A stretch of DNA of 64,000 bases from Patescibacteria group bacterium (GCA_041671565.1 JBAZBH010000003.1:572-64571), one strand, 5' to 3'; counted from the stretch's first letter, positions 47,655 to 57,387 are shown. Notes: generated by a model not told the origin, from the letters alone. Program-made: numbers and translations.

Positions 47655-48416
47655 ATGGTGCAAAAATTAGTAATTTTAGCTAATTGGAAGATGAATCTAA
47701 CGCTCCGAGAAAGCGCTCTGTTGGCGCAACAGTTCAGAGCTATCAAGCCAGTTAAACCGGCAGAATTAGCGATCTGCCCGTCATTTATTGCGTTAGAAGC
47801 GGTCGTTAAAGCCTTGAAAGGCAGCGCCATCAAACTCGGCGCGCAGAATTGCGCGGTTAAAGAGTCTGGCGCCTTGACCGGCGAAGTTTCGGCGCGGTCG
47901 TTGAAGGCGCTCGGTTGTCAATATGTTATCCTTGGCCACTCAGAACGGCGGCAGATATTAGGCGAAGGTATGGCAACGGTTGGGCAAAAAGCGGCGCTGG
48001 TGCTGGCGGCCGGCTTAACTCCGGTTATTTGTGTCGGCGAGAGCTTCCGCGAACGGCAAAAAGGGGAGACCGTGAAAATTATTGCCAGACAGTTAGCCGA
48101 AGCTTTAAAGACGATAAAAAAATTGCCTGCCCGGCGGATATTAATCGCTTACGAGCCGGTTTGGGCCATCAGTACCGCCGGTCGACGGCCGGCAACCGGC
48201 GTTGAAGCCGAAGCGGTGTGTCGTCAGATTCAAAAGATGCTGGTTAAAATCTTTGGCCCGAAGGCGGCGGCAAAGCATTTTCAAATCATTTACGGCGGCA
48301 CGGTGAATGGCCAAAATATCAAAGAGTTCGCCGGTTCAGCTGTGATTAGCGGCTTTCTAGTTGGCGCGGCGTCATTGACTGTCAAGGCTTGGCGGGCACT
48401 AGTTAACAATATTTAA
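47655..48416 (+). CDS. tpiA: triosephosphate isomerase
   Basis: ANWKMN, GHSERR, YEPVWAIGTG-like YEPVWAISTAG, IIYGGTV motifs. Confidence 0.85.
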   Translation: MVQKLVILANWKMNLTLRESALLAQQFRAIKPVKPAELAICPSFIALEAVVKALKGSAIKLGAQNCAVKESGALTGEVSARSLKALGCQYVILGHSERRQILGEGMATVGQKAALVLAAGLTPVICVGESFRERQKGETVKIIARQLAEALKTIKKLPARRILIAYEPVWAISTAGRRPATGVEAEAVCRQIQKMLVKIFGPKAAAKHFQIIYGGTVNGQNIKEFAGSAVISGFLVGAASLTVKAWRALVNNI

Positions 48417-48417
48417 T

Positions 48418-49305
48418 ATGACTCTATTTAATATTATAATCTTCGGGATAATTATTGTTTGTCTTTTGGTGATTATTTTTATTGTCGGGCGGAAGTTTTC
48501 CAAATTAGCCCAAATTAATCTAGAAACTTTACCGGAAGTAAAGGCGAGCGCGACCAAAGAAAGAATTGTCCGGGCGAAGTTGGAAAGAAATATCTTAATT
48601 CCTTTTAGGCATTTTCTGAAAAAAGCCAAACCGGCGGCGGTGGTGGCAGGGGAGATTGTGCGGCGGTTAGTGGAGAAGACATTAGAATGGGAAAAGAAAT
48701 ACAGCCGACCGCTTAAAACCGGCGGGAAAACCGCCGAAACATCAGCGCAGAAAGTTGCCTTGGTGGCGGCGGGTTATGACCTGCTGGCGGCGGGTAAAGA
48801 AGCCGAGGCGGAAAAGAAGTTTATTGACGCCATTGCTCTGGATCCGCAGGCGGTTGAAGCCTACCATGGCCTGGGCGAGCTTTATTGGGAACAAGGCAAG
48901 TTAGCCGAAGCGCAAGAAACTTTTGAATATATTATTAAACTTAACGCCGATAATTACGACGCTCATTCGCACCTGGGCAATATCGCCGCGGCCAAAGGCG
49001 ACTGGGCGAAAGCGCGTGATTATCACCAGAAATCAATTAGCCTAGACTCTCAAGCGGCGGTGCATTATTTGGATATCGCCCGGGTTTATCAAGAAATGGG
49101 GGAGCCGGCTAAAGCCTATGAATCCCTGGAAAAAGCGGTTGGCCTGGAGCCGAATAACCCGCGAAACCTTGACGCTTTATTAAATTTGAGTATAATGATG
49201 AACAAGAAAAAGGAAGCTCGCGATCTTTTAAAAAAGTTGAGAGAAGTTAATCCGGAAAACCAGAAATTGGACGAGTTTGAAGGAATGATTCGGAAGATGA
49301 AATAA
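48418..49305 (+). CDS. membrane-anchored TPR-repeat protein
   Basis: N-terminal transmembrane helix; several 34-residue TPR-like repeats (AEA..KF..A..LDP, A...LG..Y). Confidence 0.55.
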   Translation: MTLFNIIIFGIIIVCLLVIIFIVGRKFSKLAQINLETLPEVKASATKERIVRAKLERNILIPFRHFLKKAKPAAVVAGEIVRRLVEKTLEWEKKYSRPLKTGGKTAETSAQKVALVAAGYDLLAAGKEAEAEKKFIDAIALDPQAVEAYHGLGELYWEQGKLAEAQETFEYIIKLNADNYDAHSHLGNIAAAKGDWAKARDYHQKSISLDSQAAVHYLDIARVYQEMGEPAKAYESLEKAVGLEPNNPRNLDALLNLSIMMNKKKEARDLLKKLREVNPENQKLDEFEGMIRKMK

Positions 49306-49306
49306 T

Positions 49307-49375
49307 GCCGTCGTAGCTCAGACCCGGCCCTAGCGGGCCGTAGGCCCGGGGCTGGTAGAGCAATCCCATGGCTCG
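49307..49375 (+). repeat. tRNA-Thr 5'-half pseudo-copy with a GC-rich insertion in the D-loop
   Basis: gccgtcgtagctcag[acccggccctagcgggccgtaggcccggggc]tggtagagcaatcccatgg aligned to the intact tRNA-Thr at 49413. Confidence 0.55.
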
Positions 49376-49412
49376 TTTCGTCTTTTAAGTAGTAAGTATA
49401 ATTTATAATTAC

Positions 49413-49488
49413 GCCGTCGTAGCTCAGTTGGTAGAGCAATTCCATGGTAAGGAATAGGTCCGCGGTTCAATTCCGCGCGACGGCTCCA
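49413..49488 (+). tRNA. tRNA-Thr (anticodon GGT), CCA encoded
   Basis: Acceptor GCCGTCG/CGACGGC, D-arm GCTCAGTTGGTAGAGC, anticodon loop ATGGTAA, T-arm CGCGGTTCAATTCCGCG, CCA at the 3' end. Confidence 0.75.
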
Positions 49489-49527
49489 GTTTTAATAACT
49501 GGTATTAGCAGTTGCAGTAAATAACTT

Positions 49528-49785
49528 ATGTATAATGTTTATATCTTAAAATTAGCCAATGCCGATTTGTATGTTGGGTCAACCGGTAACATTAAAAATA
49601 GAATAAAACAACATCAGGCGGGGCAGAGCCAATATACTAAGAAATGTTTGCCGGTTAAGTTAATATACTTCGAATGTTATTGTAGTAAGAAAGACGCTTT
49701 AATTAGAGAAAAGTTTTTAAAAAGCGGCAGAGGCAGGGAAGTAATCAAAAAACAATTAGAAAACACCCTTAAGGTCAAAAGATAA
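49528..49785 (+). CDS. small GIY-YIG nuclease family protein (YhbQ/COG2827-like), second copy
   Basis: MYNVYILKLANADLYVGSTGN..NR..QH; same family and length as 18792-19049; embedded between tRNAs. Confidence 0.65.
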   Translation: MYNVYILKLANADLYVGSTGNIKNRIKQHQAGQSQYTKKCLPVKLIYFECYCSKKDALIREKFLKSGRGREVIKKQLENTLKVKR

Positions 49786-49884
49786 TTTGAGGTAGTGCCA
49801 GTTTGTCAACTGGGGCTGATCCGCCGAATCGGCGGACTGGCTTTGCCTTCGGGGCCGACGAATGATATTTTAATAGTTATATAA

Positions 49885-49966
49885 GGGTCGGTACCAAAGC
49901 GGTCAACTGGGGCTGACTGTAAATCAGCTGGCTTTGCCTTCGGGGGTTCGAATCCCTCCCGGCCCA
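49885..49966 (+). tRNA. tRNA-Tyr (anticodon GTA), long variable arm
   Basis: Acceptor GGGTCGG/CCGGCCC, anticodon loop CTGTAAA, variable arm TGGCTTTGCCTTCG, T-loop GGTTCGAATCC. Confidence 0.7.
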
Positions 49967-50342
49967 TATCAGAGAGAACGAATTAGTTAGTTCGTTCTTT
50001 TTGATTTATAACTGGGGCTGATCCGCCGAATCGGCGGACTGGCTTTGCCTTCGGGGGTTCGAATCCCTCCCGGCCCATATCAGAGAGAACGAATTAGTTA
50101 GTTCGTTCTTTTTGATTTATAACTGGGGCTGATCCGCCGAATCGGCGGACTGGCTTTGCCTTCGGGGGTTCGAATCCCTCCCGGCCCATATCAGAGAGAA
50201 CGAATTAGTTAGTTCGTTCTTTTTGATTTATAACTGGGGCTGATCCGCCGAATCGGCGGACTGGCTTTGCCTTCGGGGGTTCGGACCTGTCCGCCGTAGC
50301 ATCCGCCAGCAGGCGGAGCGGTGGCGGATCCCTCCCGGCCCA
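49967..50342 (+). repeat. three tandem ~111-nt units: terminator-like hairpin plus a tRNA-Tyr 3' fragment with the anticodon arm replaced by tccgccgaatcggcgga; the last unit has a 44-nt T-loop insertion
   Basis: Units at 49967-50077, 50078-50188 and 50189-50342; a partial unit also at 49806-49856 upstream of tRNA-Tyr. Confidence 0.8.
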
Positions 50343-50867
50343 AATTAAAAACATCTCAAACAGTCAGAGGTGTTTTTTTGTAACATTCTTAGTTAACCCG
50401 CGTCTAATTAGTTAGTAGACACTTTTTTTATGACAATTAATGGCCAAAATTTATCCAGCCTCGCGGCCGGTCTGCGGCCGAGCCGTTTTAGCCCCCGCGC
50501 CAAATATGCCTTGGCCGCGGCGACTTGCCTTAAGTTCGGCGGGCTGATTTTTTGGCTAATAATCAGGGGTTAAGCTAAAAAATAGCAAATTATTTTTAAA
50601 TGCCTGGTTTTAAAACAGCCGGGTTTTTTAACTGTCATAATTCGCTAGAAAATGCCCGTCTTGGCCGGCAAACGGTTAAAATAAGGCATTAATCCATTTA
50701 TCCACAATTTCCTTGACGGCAGCCGTTAAACTGCTATACTACAGCCAGTTTACCGCAGACCACGGGCAATCAATAAGCCCCGTGCAGGTAAAAGAGCCAG
50801 ATTTTGGCTAAATTTATGTCTGCGGCTAGATCCGCAGATTTTTATTTTATATTGAAACATTATATTT

Positions 50868-51395
50868 ATGCCAAAATCTAAACAACAGAAGGAAGTAGAA
50901 GTTAAGGAATTAACTGAGAAATTCAGTAAAGTTAAGTCCGTGGTTTTTGCCGATTTGCAAAAACTTCGCGTCGCGGAAAACACCGAGCTTCGCCGGCTCT
51001 GCCGCAACGAAAAAATTGACTGCGTGGTCGCCAAAAAAACTTTATTGAAGCGGGTTTTGGACAGCCATGGCTTGGGTGAAGTCGACACCAGCGTGCTTAC
51101 CGGCAGTGTGGCGACCGTCATCAGTTATGGCGATGAAGTGGCGCCAGCCAAAATTTTGAGCAAGTTTAATAAAGAACATGAAAAACTGCTCATTTTGGGC
51201 GGTATTTTGGAAAAGAAATTTGTCGGTCTGGATGTCATCAAAAGCTTGGCGCAATTGCCGTCTAAAGACGAATTGATCGCCAAAGTCGTGGGCAGTATTG
51301 CCGCGCCGCTTTCCGGCTTCGTCAATGTTTTGCAGGGTAATCTCCGGGGTTTGGTCTATACCTTACAAGCGATCAAAGACAAAAAAAGCAATTAG
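50868..51395 (+). CDS. rplJ: 50S ribosomal protein L10
   Basis: Length, sequence pattern and position directly upstream of rplL. Confidence 0.85.
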   Translation: MPKSKQQKEVEVKELTEKFSKVKSVVFADLQKLRVAENTELRRLCRNEKIDCVVAKKTLLKRVLDSHGLGEVDTSVLTGSVATVISYGDEVAPAKILSKFNKEHEKLLILGGILEKKFVGLDVIKSLAQLPSKDELIAKVVGSIAAPLSGFVNVLQGNLRGLVYTLQAIKDKKSN

Positions 51396-51621
51396 AACCC
51401 ATCTCAAAAAATAATTTATGGCTCATTTTCATCCGGTTTTGGCTGCAAAAAGTTCAGATTTCGTCGTCATAACACCGTTATACCTCCTCAATCTTCACTT
51501 TTTTCGCTCAAAACCGTTCTGAAACTGACTCAAAATTATTTTTAAGATGGATTCTAATAATTTAAATAATCAAAATTTGGTTCTTTGGCCAAACGGCCTT
51601 GAGCCCTAATCAATAAAATCT

Positions 51622-52029
51622 ATGTCAGACGAACAAAAGAAAGAAGTTGAGGTTCCGGCTAAATTCAAAACTTTGGTGGAAACCATCGAACAGTTGTCAG
51701 TTTTGGATCTCGCCGAGTTAGTTAAGATTTTAGAAGAAAAGTTCGGCGTCTCGGCGGCGGCTCCGGTGGCCATGATGGCGGCTGGTCCGGTTGCGGGCGC
51801 GGAAGCGGCGGAAGAAAAAACCAGCTTTGATGTCGAGTTGACTGCCTCTGGCGCCAACAAAATCGCGGTGATCAAAGCGGTTCGCGAAGTGACCGAGATT
51901 GGCCTCAAAGACGCCAAAGACTTGGTTGATGGCGCGCCGAAGATGATCAAAGAAGGTGTGAGCAAGGAAGACGCCGCTAAGATTAAGGCTAAAATTGAAG
52001 AGGCTGGCGGTAAAGTCACCTTGAAGTAA
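51622..52029 (+). CDS. rplL: 50S ribosomal protein L7/L12
   Basis: Ala-rich hinge and C-terminal [32 protein letters not shown]. Confidence 0.9.
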   Translation: MSDEQKKEVEVPAKFKTLVETIEQLSVLDLAELVKILEEKFGVSAAAPVAMMAAGPVAGAEAAEEKTSFDVELTASGANKIAVIKAVREVTEIGLKDAKDLVDGAPKMIKEGVSKEDAAKIKAKIEEAGGKVTLK

Positions 52030-52154
52030 GATTAAAACTTTCAGTTATTTTAAAAGCCGTTCTCAACTGAGAGCGGTTTTTGTTTATTAATTTTATGATT
52101 TATTTTAATTATTTTGCTATATAGATAGTAAGTAAGTTTTAAAGAATATAGATA

Positions 52155-52195
52155 AAAAATGTGGCCGTGGTACTAGTACCACGGCCGATGTTCAA
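52155..52195 (-). terminator. perfect palindrome tggccgtggtactagtaccacggcca downstream of the minus-strand gene
   Basis: 26-nt perfect inverted repeat after the stop of 52202-52936 (minus strand). Confidence 0.45.
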
Positions 52196-52201
52196 GCGTG
52201 A

Positions 52202-52936
52202 TTAGTTGGTGCGCCGCGGGCGACAGAAGATGTAGGTGGCATCGTGACCACACGAAGATCCCATGCCTCCGAAATCCGCCGAGAGTCGCAGAATCCGATT
52301 ATTGACGCCGTTGCGCGCGTTTTCGACGACAAACACGGCCGGCCCAACATCGTTATAACGTTGATCTTTGATGGGTCTCATGGCGACATGAAGATACTGT
52401 TCAATGCCAGGTCGTTGGTCTGGCCATTGTAGCCGTAGTTGGGGACCAACTTCGGGAAGGCAAATTTCCAGACCAAACTCTTTGGCGCGGGCGAACATGT
52501 CGCTCAGTCTCGCATCACCGTTCAGAACCAGATCTTTACTTGAGGCCAACACCAAGTCGACTTCACATTCATGATCAGAGATTTGGAAGTCAGCTTGGCA
52601 CATGATGCCACCCGCGGAGGAATCAATAGCGAAACCCCTCTCCTCGAGAACGATGCGGAAGTCATCCTCAATTCGGAGGCCCGTGCCGAGTTTAATCGTC
52701 TTCCACGGTGGACAGGTCGCGAAGTGTTCCTTTGCTCGCCTCATTCTCAGGCTGTCGGCAGGTGCGGCTGAAAATTTATCCAGTCGTGGCCTGGTTCTGA
52801 CCGCCTCGACGAATAGAGCGATCGCCTCCCTTGTGTGTTGAATTACCCACTGGGCGTCCTGGTTTGAAAGAGCGAAGAACGCTTTCTTGCACATCTGCAA
52901 GGCTGCCAAGAAACGGTCAATCTGTTCTGTAGTCAT
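52202..52936 (-). CDS. hypothetical protein in a compositionally atypical, GC-richer segment
   Basis: 244-aa ORF; local GC visibly higher than its neighbours; palindromes on both flanks; no family recognised. Confidence 0.4.
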   Translation of the reverse strand: MTTEQIDRFLAALQMCKKAFFALSNQDAQWVIQHTREAIALFVEAVRTRPRLDKFSAAPADSLRMRRAKEHFATCPPWKTIKLGTGLRIEDDFRIVLEERGFAIDSSAGGIMCQADFQISDHECEVDLVLASSKDLVLNGDARLSDMFARAKEFGLEICLPEVGPQLRLQWPDQRPGIEQYLHVAMRPIKDQRYNDVGPAVFVVENARNGVNNRILRLSADFGGMGSSCGHDATYIFCRPRRTN

Positions 52937-53184
52937 GGCTAACTCCTTTCTGACTATTTGTACAGACTGATACTGTTGGGCTACGCCGTTTTGGCTTTGC
53001 CACAGCAGAAAAAAGCCTTAAAAGGGCTACTTTCTTCTGTGGCAAAATAATTAACCAATCTCATCGCATTGATATCCTTTCTTACCATATCTAAACTAAA
53101 AAATCAACTGGCGGTGAGCCAGTTCAAGAAACTAGAGTAGTTCTGGAAAAACAAAAACCTCTGGCGGGGAGGCGGCGGGCGGTT

Positions 53185-54192
53185 TTAATAGTAATTGGTC
53201 TCCACATTAGGTTGCCAGTATTTTCTATAGGCTTTATCGGTAGCTGCGCGGCAAACGCTGGCAAAAATGCATTGGTCGTGGTGGGGTAAATTAACCACCA
53301 AAGTGAGAGTGCAGGGTTTTTTATTGCAGGTTTGGTCTTGGCAAAGAATTTTTTGGTTGCAGCAACTTCGGCCTAGCGACCAAAAAAGATAGTCCAGTTG
53401 ATTGTAGTCGCGCCCGGAAGCCGGCGCCAGGCTTTTTATCGCCGCGACGGTAGCCGCCCTCAGTTCATAGTCAGATTTAACCTTTTTTCGGTTTTGCAGT
53501 TTGATTTTCAAATTATTATTTAATATCTCAATGCACCCTAGCCGGAGCAATACTCTTTGCAGGTGATAGTCTACCGGGGGAATTATATTTTGCGGGTCTT
53601 TAATTTTTAATAACTTGGCGCTGGCCGCTAATTGGATAAAAACCGTGCTTTTCTTTTTCAGCGGGTCATTATACGGCTTGATCTCTGCCAATAACTCGTA
53701 TAATCCTTGGCCGTTATTAATCAGCCGGTTGCCGCTCTGTTTTACTAGATTGCTGACTTTATTTTGGTATTTTTGATTTAAGACTTTTGCCACCTCTAGA
53801 ATAATTTTTGACCTTTCGGCCAGCCGGTCAAGCGTGCAATGTTTTGGGTTGCCATCTTCAGAAAAAATAATTTTAAGCTCTTTAGCTAAACTGCCGGTTG
53901 ACAGATTAACTAAATAAGCCGGATCGATTAACCGAGAGTTATTTTTAGCTAAACCGGCAAAAGCGGATTCTAAATAATCCCAGCCTTTAAGATTGAGTTT
54001 TTTGTTTATTAGCGTATGGGTTTGATGGCAAATGGCAACGCAAAAAATATAAGCCCTTAATTTTATTTCTCGGTCGGCCGCCAAGGTTATAAACTCGCGG
54101 CGAGAAAAGGTTTTTTTGAAATTAAGACAGCCGATCAATTTACTGACCCGCTGGCATTGCTGACAGTTAATTTTTAAGGCTGTTTTGGTCAT
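53185..54192 (-). CDS. hypothetical Cys-rich protein, possibly metal/Fe-S binding
   Basis: N-terminal CQQCQ..C and C-terminal CCNQKILCQDQTCNKKPC..C clusters; 4-nt overlap with the upstream gene. Confidence 0.4.
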   Translation of the reverse strand: MTKTALKINCQQCQRVSKLIGCLNFKKTFSRREFITLAADREIKLRAYIFCVAICHQTHTLINKKLNLKGWDYLESAFAGLAKNNSRLIDPAYLVNLSTGSLAKELKIIFSEDGNPKHCTLDRLAERSKIILEVAKVLNQKYQNKVSNLVKQSGNRLINNGQGLYELLAEIKPYNDPLKKKSTVFIQLAASAKLLKIKDPQNIIPPVDYHLQRVLLRLGCIEILNNNLKIKLQNRKKVKSDYELRAATVAAIKSLAPASGRDYNQLDYLFWSLGRSCCNQKILCQDQTCNKKPCTLTLVVNLPHHDQCIFASVCRAATDKAYRKYWQPNVETNYY

Positions 54193-56633
54193 TGCAAATC
54201 AATCTGGTAAATCAAATTGCCGCTAAGGAGGTAAGCGGCTTTATTTTTTTCGTTGATGGCAAAATCTTTGAGCTGGCCAAAGCTGTCGGCTGAGTATTGG
54301 GCGGCCAGGCGGCCGTTGGTTTTATTGATGACCACTAAGCGGCGATTTTGCGGGTCAAGGATGTAGAGATAATCGGTCGCGGCATTGGTCCAGATTTTAG
54401 TGGCGGTAGCGAGCGACGGTTCGACAGTGTCATATTGCCAATCGCGATTTTTGCCGCTGGACATTTTTTTGATCTCCGCGGTGTTGGTCAAAAGATAGAC
54501 ATCGCCGTCGGCAGCGATAGCAGTGGCTGTTTTAAGGTCGCTATCGTCTCTGACCCAAGGGCTAGCGGCGCCAAAGCCGCTGCCAGCCGGTTGATAGCGG
54601 TAAATTTGGCTCGCGGCGCTATTCAAAATATACAGCCGATTATTGTAAATCGCCAAATCGTTAATTTTATTTTCTTGCCCGGCTAAGTTAATCGGCGCCT
54701 CGGTCAGCGAATTGGCCGCCGGGTCCAGCCGGACTAGGCCATTGCCGCCGTGATAATAGGTAATGGTTTTTTGATTAATAAAGCTAAATTTAATTTGCGG
54801 GTTAGTTGAGATCAGATTAAGCGGCGTTACTTTTTTGTCCGCCAAATCCAGGCGATAAAAGGCGCCGGTTAAGTCGTTAATCGTATAGAGTTTTTGGTCA
54901 ATCAGGTTTAGAGAATTGGCCGTGAACGGCTGGCCAATTGCTTGCGGCAAGTCGGCCAGAAGCTGGGGGGTAACGGTGACGCGCCGTTGCAGTTTGTTGT
55001 CTAGGGCAAGGAGCTGGGCTTCAAGCGTGGCGGTGTTTTTTTGCCGTTTGGCAGCGGGGGTGAATTGGCTGTCCAAAACTTTCGCGGCGGCCAAAAGCTG
55101 CCCGGCGCGGGCAGTATCGTTATAAATTAGGGCGCTTTCCGCTTCGCTGTATTTTTGTTGAATTTCCGCCGTTAGCCGATTATAAGTTTTTTGTTCCTCG
55201 CCGCTGAGGCGATTTTGCCCGAGCCAGACCAGGCTTTCAGCGAGAATAATAAATAAAATTAAGCAAGCGACCACCAAAATTTGGCTTTGGCGGGGCCAGG
55301 CTTTGACGCGGTTTATGCCTCGGGCGAGAAGCGTTAGGCTGCGGCTGTAAATAATTTTGCCGTTTTCGCGCCACCGCCGTTTTTGATTAATTAACCCGCG
55401 CTGGAAGCCCAAGCCGGCGGCTTTGACAGAGCGGACGCCAGCAATGCCCCGGAGCAGGATTTTTTGTCCCTCGAGTTTAGCTGCCGCCAGCGGTTGGATT
55501 TTGTTAGCCGGGGTTTTGATTCTAGCCGGTTCTTTGGCGGGCTGAATTTGAGGTTTTCTCGCCACTAAGCCAGAAGCCTGGTCAGCCAGCCGAGAAAGCT
55601 CAGACCTTTTTTGGTCAGCCCTTTTCTTTTGCTGATATGCCTGATAGCCGCGGTAAGCGGTTTGGGCCGTGGTTTTGGTCTTAGCCACCAGCCAAGCGGA
55701 GTATTTTTTAACATTAAATTTTAACGGGGGAGAGAGATATTCTTCGGTTGTCTTTTCGGTGACGACCAGATGTTCTAGTGATTTTTGGGGCAGGCGGATC
55801 TCGGATTCGCCGCGGACTTCGGCCGGGCCGGGATTAAGTTTGATAATAATGCTGGAAAAAGTGGTGTTAATGCTGGCTTCCAGGAGCAGGTCTTTAAGGT
55901 GGCGGGTGGCGGCGGCGGGCTCCAAAGTGGTCAGGGTTTGTTTGATTTTATCGAGCGAAAGGTAGTCTAAGAGGCTGTTGGTGCAAAAAAGCAGCGAGTC
56001 GTTTTTGTTAATCTGGCCGTTAACGATATGCGAGAGGATTTTGAACGGGTTGATTTTTTCTTCCCGGCCGCCGGCGGTATCCAGGATGTTGACTAAGCGG
56101 TATTCCTGGCTTTTGAGCTGATGAATCAGAAAAGCGCTGGCATTGCCGACAGCGGCAAAGTGGACGGTCTCGTCTTTAAAAACACCCAAAATAATGTTAA
56201 TTTTCTGGAGGAGATTAGCGAGCTTGCCGCCCTTGATCAGTTCAATCAGCCGGTCGTTAAAAACTTGAATGGATTTTTCAAAAGTTTCTTCCACCGAAAT
56301 GGCGCGATTGGGCCGGCCGAGGGTCAACTGAATATTGCTTTCGCCGTAATAATATTTTTCCATTTCTTCGGCGAGGTGGCTGACCGTGTCCCAAAGGGCG
56401 CGATCCGGCGATTCAATCTCAATAATGCCAAAAAGCCGCCCCAAAGTTTGTTCTTTATCCAAACTCGGCGTGGCAATAAAAATTTTGCAAGTAGAATTGT
56501 TTTTATCCGGTGAGTAAATGAAGAGTTGGCTGAATTGAGGAATCATAAGAGTGCAGAGTGCAGAGTGCAGAGTGCAGAGCTGAGAAAGTAATTTTTTCTC
56601 TGTACTCTGCTCTTCGTACTTCGCACTAATCAA
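54189..56633 (-). CDS. PP2C-type Ser/Thr phosphatase fused through a transmembrane segment to a C-terminal beta-propeller
   Basis: N-terminal PP2C/SpoIIE-like motifs (..IEIESPD..FAAVGNASAF..); a hydrophobic helix around residue 440; repeated LYILN/VYLLT/LYILD blades. Confidence 0.55.
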   Translation of the reverse strand: MISAKYEEQSTEKKLLSQLCTLHSALCTLMIPQFSQLFIYSPDKNNSTCKIFIATPSLDKEQTLGRLFGIIEIESPDRALWDTVSHLAEEMEKYYYGESNIQLTLGRPNRAISVEETFEKSIQVFNDRLIELIKGGKLANLLQKINIILGVFKDETVHFAAVGNASAFLIHQLKSQEYRLVNILDTAGGREEKINPFKILSHIVNGQINKNDSLLFCTNSLLDYLSLDKIKQTLTTLEPAAATRHLKDLLLEASINTTFSSIIIKLNPGPAEVRGESEIRLPQKSLEHLVVTEKTTEEYLSPPLKFNVKKYSAWLVAKTKTTAQTAYRGYQAYQQKKRADQKRSELSRLADQASGLVARKPQIQPAKEPARIKTPANKIQPLAAAKLEGQKILLRGIAGVRSVKAAGLGFQRGLINQKRRWRENGKIIYSRSLTLLARGINRVKAWPRQSQILVVACLILFIILAESLVWLGQNRLSGEEQKTYNRLTAEIQQKYSEAESALIYNDTARAGQLLAAAKVLDSQFTPAAKRQKNTATLEAQLLALDNKLQRRVTVTPQLLADLPQAIGQPFTANSLNLIDQKLYTINDLTGAFYRLDLADKKVTPLNLISTNPQIKFSFINQKTITYYHGGNGLVRLDPAANSLTEAPINLAGQENKINDLAIYNNRLYILNSAASQIYRYQPAGSGFGAASPWVRDDSDLKTATAIAADGDVYLLTNTAEIKKMSSGKNRDWQYDTVEPSLATATKIWTNAATDYLYILDPQNRRLVVINKTNGRLAAQYSADSFGQLKDFAINEKNKAAYLLSGNLIYQIDLQ
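56536..56578. repeat. tandem heptamer (cagagtg)x4 with a complementary downstream arm
   Basis: Direct repeat in the leader of the minus-strand operon. Confidence 0.6.
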
Positions 56634-56708
56634 GGAATTGCGATTTTTGCTGGTTTGTATTATACTATAGATAAGGAAAAGATAAAATAGCAGTCAAGAT
56701 TTAAACTT

Positions 56709-57350
56709 ATGCTTGAACACTTATTTGGTTCAGGGGCGCGGGTCAAACTTTTACGGTTGTTTTTGAACCACCCGCAAAGTTCTTATTATGTCCGCGAGTT
56801 GACGCGCCTCGCTAAACTGCAAATTAATGCGGTCCGGCGCGAATTGGAAAACCTGGAAGAGTTGGGGATTATTGTTGGCTCGCAAAAAAATCCCAATCCG
56901 GTTATCAGTGAAGGCGCCAAGGCGCCAGCGAAAGGCCGGCCGGTAAAAGCCGCCAAGGGCTCTGGCGGGCAAGAAAAAAAGTATTATCAAGCCAATGTTA
57001 ATTATGTCCTTTTTCCGGAGCTGAAAGCCTTGATGCTGAAAGCTCAACTGCTTCTGGAGCACGATTTGATCAAAAAAATCGGCAGCCTGGGAGCGGTTAA
57101 GTATTTGGCTTTGACCGGCATCTTCGTCGGCTTTATCGGCGCGCCGACCGACCTGTTTATTGTCGGCAGTGTCAATAAAGACAAACTGACCAAACTCATC
57201 CGCCGGTTTGAGCGCGAGCTGAACTACGAAATTAATTTTACCCTGATGCCGCTCTCGGAGTATCAGTACCGCAAAGATATTACTGACCGTTTTCTTTATA
57301 GTATTTTGGAAAACAAAAAAATTGTGGTGGTTGATAATTTTAAAACTTAA
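56709..57350 (+). CDS. winged-helix transcriptional regulator (ArsR-like N-terminal domain)
   Basis: ARVKLLRLFLNHPQSSYYVRELTRLAKLQINAVRRELENLEELGII HTH region. Confidence 0.5.
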   Translation: MLEHLFGSGARVKLLRLFLNHPQSSYYVRELTRLAKLQINAVRRELENLEELGIIVGSQKNPNPVISEGAKAPAKGRPVKAAKGSGGQEKKYYQANVNYVLFPELKALMLKAQLLLEHDLIKKIGSLGAVKYLALTGIFVGFIGAPTDLFIVGSVNKDKLTKLIRRFERELNYEINFTLMPLSEYQYRKDITDRFLYSILENKKIVVVDNFKT

Positions 57351-57387
57351 GGAGGATTGAAGGAGAGTTAATTCATAACTACAATAT

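Noticed and set aside
49967-50342. Tandem direct repeats after tRNA-Tyr as a possible CRISPR array
   Set aside because: The units are about 111 nt with no unique spacers, and each contains a tRNA-Tyr 3' fragment. No cas genes are nearby. It is not a CRISPR.
50430-50573. A small 47-aa ORF (MTINGQNLSSLAAGLRPSRF...) in the rplJ leader
   Set aside because: There is no ribosome-binding site or motif support. The region is more likely the L10 leader or untranslated sequence. It is left unannotated.
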